From: Dehalococcoidia bacterium
GTDB taxonomy: Bacteria > Chloroflexota > Dehalococcoidia > Lucifugimonadales > UBA2985
Length of the DNA stretch: 64,000 bases
Direction of reading: 5' to 3'
Assembly (NCBI GenBank): GCA_965247535.1
Contig: OZ252018.1
Span: forward strand, 437,046-501,045
Shown: positions 8,844 to 18,302 of the stretch, one piece after another
Layout: each line of letters opens with the position of its first letter
Numbering within the stretch: the stretch's first letter is position 1
Translations under genes and position numbers: made by a program
The notes under the pieces: model-generated
Told to the model about the DNA's origin: nothing
Database searches by the model: none
Seen by the model: the letters and a program-made list of their open reading frames with translations, nothing else

Positions 8844-10142
8844 TTGCAGACCACGAGACCGCTCACCCACGGGAGGAACGCGATCGCCATCCCGACATCC
8901 GCGACTCGCTTCGACCCTCATACACCACATGCGGCTTTGGAGACCGCCGTGGTGTTTCGCGACCTTGTGCCGGAGATTCCATCCACGACGTACGCCACGT
9001 TTGGCCTCTACAAGTATCCGGCCAAGTTCATCCCGCAGGTTATCGCCTACGCGCTGAAGACCTACGCCTCGCCCGGCATGAGCGTGATCGACCCGTTCGC
9101 CGGATACGGCACCGTGGGAACCGTGGCACGCGTATACGGCCACGACTACGAGCTATGGGACCTGAACCCCCTGCTGGAAAACCTTCACGCCGTTGCCGTA
9201 GCTCCTCCGTCCGCCGTGGACGCCGCTGCCCTGGTGGATGCGCTGCGTGCCCATCGCTCGCCGTTCAAGCCCGACTGGCCCAACGTATCTTACTGGTACC
9301 CCGAGCCCTTCCTCCCAATGCTGTCGGAAGCCTGGGGCTTCTACCACTCCCTTCAGGACGAGGACCTCCGGCGGGTGCTGCTCATACCGCTCATGAAGAC
9401 CACTCGATACTTCTCCTACAACGACGAGCGACGCCAGAAACTCTCCCGATCCACCATTGCCATGAGAAGGACCGAAAAGCTGGAGGGGGAGGACTGGCGC
9501 GCGACGTTCTACCGCCGCGTGCGAGCGGGGGTGGAACACGTTATCGCCTCACAGGAAGAGTACGCCAGGCTCGGCCCCGGGTCGGTGCGCTCAACGGTAA
9601 GGGCTGGCGTCGACGGTTTGGCAACGACGCCGGAGGCCGACCGCGATGTGCTCATAACGTCGCCGCCCTACCTGCAGGCGCAGGAATACATCCGTGCCTC
9701 CAAGATGGACCTGTTCTGGCTGGGCCACTCCCAGCGAGGGGTGCGGGAGTTGGTCAAGCACGAGTTCCCGTACCAGGACGTGCCAGAATCCCCAATTCAC
9801 TCGGAGACCTATCTCGAGTGCCTAAGTGAAATCCATGAGCCTCACATGGCGCGGCTGTTCCGGCGATACTTCTTTGGGGTGCTCGGCACGCTCACAAACC
9901 TTCAGGAGCACATATTGGACCGGCTGCTCATTTTCGTGGGGCCGGCCACCATACGTACCAGGCCCATTCCCATTGACCGCATATTCATCGAGCACTTCGA
10001 AGCTCTGGGCTGGCGCCACGAGGCCACGCTTGTGGACACCATAGTCTCGAAAAACCTGTTCTCGTACAGGGTAAACCCCGCCACGGGCGCGCCGGATCAG
10101 CGCATGAAAACTGAGAACCTGGTCGTTCTATCGAGGAGTTAA
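8844..10142 (+). CDS. SAM-dependent DNA methyltransferase (motif I DPFAGYGT upstream of motif IV SPPY; N4-C or N6-A type)
   Basis: YKYPAKFIPQVI...VIDPFAGYGTVG (AdoMet motif), ELWDLNP, then TSPPYLQAQEY about 190 aa later. The start is uncertain (TTG 8844 has no SD). Confidence 0.75.
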   Translation: MQTTRPLTHGRNAIAIPTSATRFDPHTPHAALETAVVFRDLVPEIPSTTYATFGLYKYPAKFIPQVIAYALKTYASPGMSVIDPFAGYGTVGTVARVYGHDYELWDLNPLLENLHAVAVAPPSAVDAAALVDALRAHRSPFKPDWPNVSYWYPEPFLPMLSEAWGFYHSLQDEDLRRVLLIPLMKTTRYFSYNDERRQKLSRSTIAMRRTEKLEGEDWRATFYRRVRAGVEHVIASQEEYARLGPGSVRSTVRAGVDGLATTPEADRDVLITSPPYLQAQEYIRASKMDLFWLGHSQRGVRELVKHEFPYQDVPESPIHSETYLECLSEIHEPHMARLFRRYFFGVLGTLTNLQEHILDRLLIFVGPATIRTRPIPIDRIFIEHFEALGWRHEATLVDTIVSKNLFSYRVNPATGAPDQRMKTENLVVLSRS

Positions 10143-10143
10143 C

Positions 10144-10668
10144 TTGGCTGCAAGAAGGGAAGAAATTGGCAGAGATGCCGCGGTAACGGGATTTGCAAAT
10201 GAGTTAATCGCTACCGGCATCCTGATGAAACGATACCAAAATGTATCCCAAGTTAACCTCCCTCTCTCACCTTACGACGTAGTTGCAGTTTTCAAGGGAG
10301 CCGACGGTAAAGAGAACGTAGTCCGTGCTCAAATACGGACGGCTAGTAAGAGCGTGGGCTTTACTGGAGGTTCCAGGGGAGGCGTGGATAGGACCTACAG
10401 GTCTGGCGTCAAGACGTATACTCAATCCACAATGACTTCTGACGTGGTAGTAGGAATAAACGACGTAGGGAATAATTCGTTTGACCTGTACTTTGTGCCG
10501 ACGGTTCTAATCGAGGCGCTAAAGCAGAGTAGCATTTCCCTGTCCAAGATAGCGCCTTTGAAAAACAACTACGAGATGTTCGAGAGGTGCAAGGATAGCT
10601 CATTCGTGCTGGCGCAGAGTATAGAATACGGCATTCTCAGAAGACAGGTGGGTTACTTTCTCCGTTAG
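10144..10668 (+). CDS. Candidate restriction endonuclease partner (small PD-(D/E)xK-like protein)
   Basis: 174 aa. TTG start lies 1 nt after the methyltransferase stop. PYDVVAV...(x13)...VRAQIRT resembles a D...(E/Q)x(K/R) nuclease core. The gene is markedly AT-richer than its neighbours. Confidence 0.45.
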   Translation: MAARREEIGRDAAVTGFANELIATGILMKRYQNVSQVNLPLSPYDVVAVFKGADGKENVVRAQIRTASKSVGFTGGSRGGVDRTYRSGVKTYTQSTMTSDVVVGINDVGNNSFDLYFVPTVLIEALKQSSISLSKIAPLKNNYEMFERCKDSSFVLAQSIEYGILRRQVGYFLR

Positions 10669-10698
10669 CCAGGGAACTCCCCGCTTTCGGGAAGGGCA

Positions 10699-11001
10699 TT
10701 AACCCACCGGCCGCGGCGGCGGCCAAACGCCCTCGAAGAAGCAGCGGGTGCCCGTGCTCTGCGCGTCCATCATGGTTGGCGGCAGTATGCGCGCCGTCGC
10801 CCCGTCCTCGCACTCGATGAGCAGCGCCTTCTTCTCCACCTGCACGAGGGCGAAGTCGAAGAAACGCCCGCCGATCCCCATCAGCTCGCCGTGCCAGCGC
10901 CTCGTCCCGTCATCGCTGCTAACCCAGCCGAGCATACGACACCGCCCGTACTCGACGCCGTCCCTGTCTAGCAGGGTCACGATCTCATCATACGCCCACA
11001 T
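10699..11001 (-). CDS. Hypothetical protein
   Basis: A 100-aa ORF with genome-typical GC. No motif recognised. Confidence 0.4.
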   Translation of the reverse strand: MWAYDEIVTLLDRDGVEYGRCRMLGWVSSDDGTRRWHGELMGIGGRFFDFALVQVEKKALLIECEDGATARILPPTMMDAQSTGTRCFFEGVWPPPRPVG

Positions 11002-11031
11002 TGCATTCTCCGTAGGTTCAAATCGTGCTTG

Positions 11032-12303
11032 TCAGGGCGCAAAGCTGTAGACCACGGGAACCTCGGAAACGACGGTGACCGAGGCGTCCGTGTGATGGTA
11101 GATGTTGACCCGGCCTGTGCCGCAGTCCCCGAACTCGTCGCACGAGATGGTCCCGATTATGCCCTCGAATCCGGCGGTCGCGGTCAGGGCCTGCCTCAGT
11201 TCCTCGCGGTCGATGACGAGTGTGTCCCCATCGACGACCGCCACCTCCTCGATTGCGCGTAGCAGGACGGTGGTGGCGTCGTAGGCGTGGGCCAAGTAGG
11301 CCGTAGAAGGCTCCTCGCCGTACATCTCCCGGTAGTCGGCGATCAGCTGCGCACCGCTCTTGCCGGTGGCCTCGTTGACCTGGTCGCCGAAGTCTTGCTC
11401 CGGGCCGGGGAGGTACATGCCCTCCGACTCCGGCAGGGCCAGGGTGCCAGGCTCCAATAGCGCGGCGCCCCCGATGAGCGTCGCGTCCTCCAGTCCGGCC
11501 ACGCCGGCAACCTGACCGATCACGTGCGCGCCCTCGGCCGGGAAGAGCGGGAAGAACAGGCCGTCCGGGCTTCCGCCCGCGAGCTGAGACAGGACTGAGC
11601 CCATGTCCGTCTGGCCCTTTTCGATGGCCGCGATCTCGGTCGCTCCGCCCAGCTCGCCGAACGCGCCCTCGAACGCGCTGACCAGACCTTCCGTGTACGG
11701 ATCGCCGTCGTGGATCGCGCCCACGCTGCGCAGGCCCAGCTCCTCATAGGCGAACCGCGCCACGGCCCCGGCCTGGTGCAGGTCGTTATTCGAGAGGCGG
11801 TAGTAGCCGGCGCGTTGGTTGGAGCCGGCGTTGCCCGCCAGATTGGACGTCAGGGAAGGCGCGGTGTTCGATGGCGAGACCATGACGAGGCCGGCCTCGC
11901 TGATGACCGGCGCGGCTGCGCTTCCGGCTACCGAGCACGACGTGCCCATGGCTCCGGCGACCCGCGGGTCGCCCGCCACGGTCTCGGCGGCAAGGCGTCC
12001 TCCGACCGAGGAGCACTGCGAGTCCAGCCCGGCTCCGGGCGAGACTGCGCGGCCGTGGATGTCGCCGTAGTCCGCGATCGCCATCTCGAAGCCCCGGCGC
12101 TCGGGGACGCCCAGGCTGGCGACGCCAGTGAGCGACGTCATGGAGCGTACGTGGATGGATTCGCCGGGCCCCACTTCGACTGCGCCCAGCGGCCCGGCTT
12201 CGAACTCGCCCGTGTCGCAGGCTACGATGACGACCGTCAGCAAGACAGCGAGCATCGCAGGCGCGAGCGGGGTTCTAAAGCGAATCAGGCTCGCTGATGT
12301 CAT
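11032..12303 (-). CDS. ABC transporter substrate-binding lipoprotein (branched-chain amino acid / LivJ-type)
   Basis: Start ATG 12303 gives MTSASLIRFRT...LLTVVIVAC, a signal peptide with lipobox Cys. Overall it resembles type-I periplasmic binding proteins. Confidence 0.75.
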   Translation of the reverse strand: MTSASLIRFRTPLAPAMLAVLLTVVIVACDTGEFEAGPLGAVEVGPGESIHVRSMTSLTGVASLGVPERRGFEMAIADYGDIHGRAVSPGAGLDSQCSSVGGRLAAETVAGDPRVAGAMGTSCSVAGSAAAPVISEAGLVMVSPSNTAPSLTSNLAGNAGSNQRAGYYRLSNNDLHQAGAVARFAYEELGLRSVGAIHDGDPYTEGLVSAFEGAFGELGGATEIAAIEKGQTDMGSVLSQLAGGSPDGLFFPLFPAEGAHVIGQVAGVAGLEDATLIGGAALLEPGTLALPESEGMYLPGPEQDFGDQVNEATGKSGAQLIADYREMYGEEPSTAYLAHAYDATTVLLRAIEEVAVVDGDTLVIDREELRQALTATAGFEGIIGTISCDEFGDCGTGRVNIYHHTDASVTVVSEVPVVYSFAP

Positions 12304-12515
12304 ACAGGCATTCCCTGCCTTTCGTGCAGACGTGGTATCTGGCGAGATTGTACACAATGGGCGGCCCGTCGACAATTGCAGCCTGTTTGGGCTCGGCTGC
12401 CACTGCTTGGACTGTGAGGCCTGGGTGGCCCTCCTGGCGTCCGCCTGACGCTTCACGGCTCTGCACCTGCGCCGTGTGCTATACTCATTGCCAGATTTCG
12501 CAAGGGTGAGACGTA

Positions 12516-14255
12516 ATGGTGCGCAAGCTGCGCCTGGCAATGGCCCAGATCAACACGACGGTCGGCGACCTGGAGGGCAATACCTCCAAGGTGCTGGAGT
12601 ACGTGGAGCGCGCGAGGACGCAGCAGGCAGACCTGGTGGTCTTCCCGGAGATGGCCATCCCCGGCTACCCGCCGGAGGACCTGCTCTTCAAGCCGTCGTT
12701 CATTCGCGCCAACATCGATGCCATGCAACGCGTGGTGGCGGCGTCCAGCGGCATCACGGTCGTGGTGGGTTTCGTCGACCTGCAGAGCGACATCTACAAC
12801 GCCGCCGCGGTGGCCCACGACGGGCAGCTGCTGGGTGTCTACCACAAGATGTACCTGCCCAACTACGGCGTCTTCGATGAGGACCGCTACTTCAAGGCGG
12901 GCTCCGTTTGCCCCGTGTACGTGGTCAACGGCGTCCATATAGGAGTGAACATCTGCGAGGACATCTGGTACGCCCTCGGCCCGTCTGCAGTGCAGCGCGA
13001 TGCGGGCGCCGAGATCATCCTGAACATCAACGCGAGCCCCTACCACGCCGGCAAGCTGGCCTTCCGGGAGCGGATGGTGGCCACACGCGCGGCCGACAAC
13101 GGCGTGTACGTCTCCTACACCAACCTGGTGGGAGGCCAGGACGAGCTGGTCTTCGACGGAGGCAGCATGGTATACGACCAGGGAGGCGAGCTCGTGGCAC
13201 GCGGACGCCAGTTCGAGGAGGACCTCGTGCTGGCCGACCTGGACGTGGATACGGTGCTGCACCATCGCCTCCGCGATCCCAGGCCCCGCAAGGAGCGGCC
13301 GATCCTGAGCAGTGTTGGAGCCTCCCAGGTGGTGTGCCACTCGGAGCACACGCCCAGGCTGGCCCGGCCGGCGCTGGACGGCTGCGTCTCCGAGCCTCTC
13401 GACCCGCTTGCGGAGGTGTACTCCGCGCTGGTCCTCGGCACCGGCGACTACGTACGAAAGAGCGGGTTCGGCAAGGTGCTCATCGGCCTGTCCGGCGGAA
13501 TCGACTCGAGCCTGACGGCGGCAATAGCGGCCGACGCCCTGGGTAGCGAGAACGTAACCTGCGTGGCCATGCCGTCGCGATACTCGTCGGAGGGCAGCCT
13601 CACCGACGCCAAGGCCTTGGCTGCCAACCTCGGCATCGAGCTTCTCACCATCCCCATCGAAGAGGCGTTCGAGGCGATGCTGCACATGCTGGCGGAGCCG
13701 TTCCGCGGCACCCAGCCCAACGTGGCGGAGGAGAACCTGCAGACGCGCATTCGGGGCAACATTCTCATGGGCCTGTCCAACAAGCACGGCCGGCTGGTGC
13801 TCACAACGGGCAACAAGAGCGAGGTCGCCACGGGCTACGCCACGCTCTACGGCGACATGGCGGGCGGCTTCTCGGTGATCAAGGACGTGCCCAAGACGCT
13901 GGTGTACAGGCTGGCCCGGTACCGCAATGAGCACGGCTCGCCCCCGAACGTGATACCGGACAGCGTGCTGGACAAGCCGCCCAGCGCGGAGCTGAAGCCC
14001 GACCAGACCGACCAGGACACGCTACCGCCCTACGACCTGCTGGACCGGATACTGGAAGCGTACGTGGAGCAGGACCGCAGCTACGCGGACATCGTGGAGA
14101 TGGGCTTCGAGGCGGGGACGGTTGGCCGCGTGATTGCGATGGTGGACCGCAACGAGTACAAGCGCCGGCAGTCGCCGCCCGGGATCAAGATCACGCCGCG
14201 CGCGTTCGGGCGCGACTGGCGCCTGCCAATAGTGAACAGGTATCGGCAGGGGTAG
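12516..14255 (+). CDS. nadE: Glutamine-dependent NAD+ synthetase
   Basis: 579 aa. The N-terminal CN-hydrolase domain begins LRLAMAQINTTVGDLEGN. The C-terminal domain carries the PP-loop SGGIDSS. Confidence 0.95.
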   Translation: MVRKLRLAMAQINTTVGDLEGNTSKVLEYVERARTQQADLVVFPEMAIPGYPPEDLLFKPSFIRANIDAMQRVVAASSGITVVVGFVDLQSDIYNAAAVAHDGQLLGVYHKMYLPNYGVFDEDRYFKAGSVCPVYVVNGVHIGVNICEDIWYALGPSAVQRDAGAEIILNINASPYHAGKLAFRERMVATRAADNGVYVSYTNLVGGQDELVFDGGSMVYDQGGELVARGRQFEEDLVLADLDVDTVLHHRLRDPRPRKERPILSSVGASQVVCHSEHTPRLARPALDGCVSEPLDPLAEVYSALVLGTGDYVRKSGFGKVLIGLSGGIDSSLTAAIAADALGSENVTCVAMPSRYSSEGSLTDAKALAANLGIELLTIPIEEAFEAMLHMLAEPFRGTQPNVAEENLQTRIRGNILMGLSNKHGRLVLTTGNKSEVATGYATLYGDMAGGFSVIKDVPKTLVYRLARYRNEHGSPPNVIPDSVLDKPPSAELKPDQTDQDTLPPYDLLDRILEAYVEQDRSYADIVEMGFEAGTVGRVIAMVDRNEYKRRQSPPGIKITPRAFGRDWRLPIVNRYRQG

Positions 14256-14278
14256 CGGGGGGTTTAGCCACTAAGTGC

Positions 14279-16333
14279 CTACTCTCCTTGCCCGCGTCGC
14301 GGCGCCCAGACATTGAAATCCCGGAACTCTGGCTCGCCTCTGTCATTAATGAAGAAGTCGCCCATCACATAAATGTTCCCACTGTCCAGATTGTGGCTAA
14401 GGTTGAGCGTGGCTACCAGTTGCCCATTGACAAAGAACCAGCCCCTTTCTCCCACGGCCATCACCAGAAGGCGATTGCTGCCGCCAGACCACCCGGAACC
14501 TGTCAAATACCCCGAGGCTATTTCAGTATACTTGTCGTCTCCGACATCGTGTGTCTTGTGGAACCACCAACTTTCATCGGTAATGCCAATCACTTCTAGT
14601 CGGTCGAATTCTGGGTTACGCACAATGAACCCGTAACTCCAGTCTCCGCCCTCTGGGTTGTCGAACTCGGCCTCCGCAACAAAGTCTCTAGCCCAAACCT
14701 GACTCCAATGGTGATTGATCACCCCGTCGTCTCTTTCCTCTAGTTGGCCAAGTGTGGGGCCGTACTCCCTCCTCAACTCACGCCCAGTGAAGCCCTCGAA
14801 GCGTGTTTCCGCACCCGCAACCTCGTCGCCTGTGTACGCCCCTGTAATTACTGCAACGTCGCCATAATGCATCACATTACCCAAATCAACCTCAGCAATG
14901 AAGTCGCCGTTGACAAAGAACCAGCCCCGCTCCCCGATGACAACCGCCATCAAGTGGTTTCTTTCTCCGGCTCCAGTTCGAAGTCCATTAACCGTTCCCA
15001 AGTCCAGTCGGTCGTAGGGGGCATTCACTCCCTTCAACACCTCCCCACTTCGATTCCCCGAAACTACAAACTGCAGGAAGGGTTCGTCTTGGTTGCGGCG
15101 CAGTATGAAGCCGTAGTCCCAAGATGCAGTGCTTGCCGAGTACGGGTTGACGAACGTAGCCTCCACAACCATATCTGCAATCGAAACGTCTGCGTACGCA
15201 GTCTTAATGAGACCGTCATTAGGGTTGTGAGGTAACTCACCGCTTGACGGCCCCCAGTCGCCCATGCCTGCCGGACGTGCTGTGGGAGTGGCCGCTGGGC
15301 CAGCCGTGGGGAGCGGAGTGGGCAGGGTCTGACCGGAGCGTAGCGCCGGGAGAGTCTGCTGCACGGTCACCACAGATATGGCGAATCCCAATCCCTCCAC
15401 TCCTAGTTCTGCAGCCTTGAATGTGTTTATTCCCAGCACTTCGCCGTCTAAGGACAGCAACGGGCCTCCGCTGTTGCCGGGATTAATGGGTGCATCAGTT
15501 TGAATTACTTCAGCATCAAGTCCGCTACTGAAGCGAACCGCAGAGATTATTCCTCTGGTGACGGTCGCTGGTCCCTCAATTCCCAAAGCGTAGCCGATGG
15601 CTACAACCTCGTTGCCAACGTCCAAGGCAGGGGCATCTCCCAAGGTGAGGGCGGTGAAACTGCCACAGCAAATGCCTACTATTGCTAAATCGCGGACAGC
15701 GTTGAACCCCACCACTGTAGCGTCGTAGGCGTGAGTATCCTCAACCGTAACCCGGAGACGCGCGTTGTTCTCAACCACGTGGTAGTTGGTGAGTATGTAT
15801 GCCGTTTGCTGATCTACTTCAAATATCACGCCGGTTCCCACTGAGTTATTCCCAGAGATCCTTACCACTGAAGGTCGGATCCGCCCAATCATCTCGCTCA
15901 GTGCAGGGCTGGGTTGCGCAGTTGGCGTCGGTGTGGGGGCCGGTGTAGGAGTGCGCGTTGGCGTGGGTGTGGAGGTGGCAGGCGGGACCGCAGTCCAAGT
16001 GGGTTCGGGAGTCCAGGTAGGGAAGGCCGTCCAAGTTGGTGCAGGGGTTGGTGTGGGACGCGGCAGCGCATTCATTCGGGCTTCAACGGTGGCCTCTATG
16101 TTTGGTGTCGGAGTTGGCCTCGCAGTTGGCAGCGCTGCAGCGACGGCGGCCTGTACGGTAGCTTGCAGGTTGGGAGTCGGAGTGGGAATCTCTGTGGGGA
16201 GCGCGGCAGCCACCGCCGCCTGTACAGTTGCCTCTAGGTCAGGCGTTGGGTGGGTCGTCGGCACCTCGCTTTCGCTCGAACAAGCGATTAGCAGGGCCGC
16301 TAGGAGCATTACCAGGAGGCTAACGATTCTCAT
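14279..16333 (-). CDS. Secreted lipoprotein: S1C (HtrA-like, no PDZ) serine protease with TP-rich linkers and two copies of an uncharacterised C-terminal module
   Basis: Lipobox LLIAC. Catalytic triad segments TNYHVVEN, RDLAIVGI, NPGNSGGPLL. Two C-terminal repeats carry W(D/S)YGFI(L/V)R and GERGWFFVNG. Confidence 0.85.
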   Translation of the reverse strand: MRIVSLLVMLLAALLIACSSESEVPTTHPTPDLEATVQAAVAAALPTEIPTPTPNLQATVQAAVAAALPTARPTPTPNIEATVEARMNALPRPTPTPAPTWTAFPTWTPEPTWTAVPPATSTPTPTRTPTPAPTPTPTAQPSPALSEMIGRIRPSVVRISGNNSVGTGVIFEVDQQTAYILTNYHVVENNARLRVTVEDTHAYDATVVGFNAVRDLAIVGICCGSFTALTLGDAPALDVGNEVVAIGYALGIEGPATVTRGIISAVRFSSGLDAEVIQTDAPINPGNSGGPLLSLDGEVLGINTFKAAELGVEGLGFAISVVTVQQTLPALRSGQTLPTPLPTAGPAATPTARPAGMGDWGPSSGELPHNPNDGLIKTAYADVSIADMVVEATFVNPYSASTASWDYGFILRRNQDEPFLQFVVSGNRSGEVLKGVNAPYDRLDLGTVNGLRTGAGERNHLMAVVIGERGWFFVNGDFIAEVDLGNVMHYGDVAVITGAYTGDEVAGAETRFEGFTGRELRREYGPTLGQLEERDDGVINHHWSQVWARDFVAEAEFDNPEGGDWSYGFIVRNPEFDRLEVIGITDESWWFHKTHDVGDDKYTEIASGYLTGSGWSGGSNRLLVMAVGERGWFFVNGQLVATLNLSHNLDSGNIYVMGDFFINDRGEPEFRDFNVWAPRRGQGE

Positions 16334-16535
16334 ACCTTAGATTGTACATGAAAGTGCGGGGGGTTCTCCCTCCTCCAGTCTTCGCCGCGCCCCCGTCGCT
16401 CAACAAGCCTGGCAAAGGGCCGGTTGGCCGGCTTCGGATTTGTTGAGTCAACAACACTCTATCCCAACGCCACCCTGTCTTCGCAGGGTCCTATCTTCCG
16501 GGTTCTCGGGAGCCATTGCCCCACCCTCGCAGCGC

Positions 16536-16623
16536 GTGACACAATTCACGACTTCGTGATTCGCTTCACGCAAACACGCGCTTCTCAACCCAGCGAGCCG
16601 TGACTCCTTGTGATATTCGTCAC
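16536..16623 (+). promoter_or_regulatory. Three CRP/FNR-type half-site palindromes GTGA-N6-TCAC
   Basis: GTGACACAATTCAC (16536-16549), GTGATTCGCTTCAC (16556-16569) and TGTGATATTCGTCAC (16609-16623). Centres are 20 bp and 54 bp apart. Confidence 0.45.
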
Positions 16624-16627
16624 CATT

Positions 16628-16657
16628 TTGACGGATTCCTCAACGCAGGGGTACAAT
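16628..16657 (+). promoter_or_regulatory. Sigma70-type promoter candidate for the aldehyde dehydrogenase operon
   Basis: TTGACG (16628-16633), 18 nt, TACAAT (16652-16657), immediately downstream of the third GTGA-N6-TCAC site. Confidence 0.4.
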
Positions 16658-16727
16658 TCAATTGAACGGGGAGTTCAACGGTCCAAGCGAAGGGAAAGCA
16701 ACGTCTTCGCAGGGAAAGGGGGCGGAA

Positions 16728-18233
16728 ATGCTGACTACAACCACCAAGGGCATGAACTACACCGGCGGCACATGGGCGGCGGCGGCCGGGGAGACCTTTG
16801 AGGACAGGAACCCGGCGTGCACGGGTGAGCTTCTCGGGGTCTTCCCACGGTCGGGGTTGCAGGAGGTTGAGGACGCAGTGGCCGCAGCCCGTGCCGCCTT
16901 CCCGGGCTGGAAGAGGGAGTCGCGCATTCGCCGGGCGGAGTACCTGGACGCCTTTGTCCAGCTGGTGAAGCGGGACCAGGAGGAGCTGGCACAGCTGCTG
17001 AGCAGGGAGTCCAGCAAGTGCATCGCGGAGGCCCGCGCAGACATAGTGGAGGGCATTCACGCCGCTCAGTACTGGTTTGGCAGGGCGCGCATGGAGTGGG
17101 GCGACGTGCTGGCATCGGAGATACCGGAGAAGGACGTCTTCGTCCACCGGAAGCCCAAGGGAGTGGTTGCGGCGATCGCGCCCTGGAACTTCCCGTTCGC
17201 CATACCCCTGTGGCTGATCTGCCCGTCGCTCGTCGAGGGCAACACGGTGGTGTTCAAGCCCGCCGAGGAGACTCCTCTCATGGGGCAGCGCATCGCCGAG
17301 TACTTCGATGAGGTGGGGCTTCCTCCGGGAGTCCTGAACCTGGTGCAGGGATACGGCGAGGAGGCTGGCTGGCCCCTTGCGACCCACCCCGACGTGGACG
17401 TGGTGCTATTCACTGGCTCCGCCCAGGTCGGCTCGATGATCAGGGAGGCCTGCGCGAGGGACTATCGCAAGTTCTGCGTGTGCGAGATGGGCGGCAAGAA
17501 CGCCGTGATCATCTTCGATGACGCCGACTTCGACCTGGCCGTAAACGCCGCCGTCATCTCGGCCTTCCGCACCACCGGCCAGCGGTGCGTCTCCGCGGAG
17601 CGCATCCTGGTGCAGCGGGGCATCTTCGATCGCTTTGTCGACGCCTTCGTGGAGCGGGCGCGGAAGATTCGGGTGGGCGATCCACTGGACGAGGCCACGT
17701 TCATGGGCCCGCTGGTGAGCGAGGCCGCGGTCGAGAAGTTCGAGTACTACTGCAGGCTGGCGGCCGAGGAGGGAGCCAAGGTGCACCTGGGTGGCGGACG
17801 GCTCACGGAAGGGGAGTACACCAGCGGGTACTTCGTCGGACCCTTCGTCTACACAATGGAGCACAACCCGGAGGCCAGGGTGCTGAGAGAAGAGGTCTTC
17901 GGGCCGCACGTGGGGATCGTACCCTTCGACGACTTGGAGGAGGCAGTCCGCATATACAACGACTCCGAGTACGGATTCGCGCTCTCCGTGTGCAGCCGGG
18001 ACTACCGGACCATACGCGCAGCCCGCGAGGGGTGCGACTTCGGCGTCGGGTACGTTAACCTGCCGACCATCGGCGCTGAAGTGCATCTGCCCTTTGGCGG
18101 GCTGAAGAAGAGCGGCACCGGGATGCCCTCGGCCGCGGGCCTGCTTGAGGCCGTGAGCCACAAGGTTTCCTGGACGGTCAACCACGCGGAGGACATCAAG
18201 CTGGCGCAGGGCCTGAAGGCGGACCTCGACTAG
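16728..18233 (+). CDS. NAD(P)-dependent aldehyde dehydrogenase
   Basis: ATG 16728 follows AAGGGGG. The catalytic Glu segment is CEMGGKNA and the catalytic Cys segment is TGQRCVSAERILV. Confidence 0.9.
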   Translation: MLTTTTKGMNYTGGTWAAAAGETFEDRNPACTGELLGVFPRSGLQEVEDAVAAARAAFPGWKRESRIRRAEYLDAFVQLVKRDQEELAQLLSRESSKCIAEARADIVEGIHAAQYWFGRARMEWGDVLASEIPEKDVFVHRKPKGVVAAIAPWNFPFAIPLWLICPSLVEGNTVVFKPAEETPLMGQRIAEYFDEVGLPPGVLNLVQGYGEEAGWPLATHPDVDVVLFTGSAQVGSMIREACARDYRKFCVCEMGGKNAVIIFDDADFDLAVNAAVISAFRTTGQRCVSAERILVQRGIFDRFVDAFVERARKIRVGDPLDEATFMGPLVSEAAVEKFEYYCRLAAEEGAKVHLGGGRLTEGEYTSGYFVGPFVYTMEHNPEARVLREEVFGPHVGIVPFDDLEEAVRIYNDSEYGFALSVCSRDYRTIRAAREGCDFGVGYVNLPTIGAEVHLPFGGLKKSGTGMPSAAGLLEAVSHKVSWTVNHAEDIKLAQGLKADLD

Positions 18234-18302
18234 AAGCAGCCTGGATGCACCTCGCCGGCCGGAGCGGCGGGGAACCTGGAGTGAAGATTGAGTGGGGCTG
18301 AA

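Noticed and set aside
12453-13934. 493-aa minus-strand ORF.
   Set aside because: It is antisense to nadE, whose CN-hydrolase and PP-loop motifs are unambiguous.
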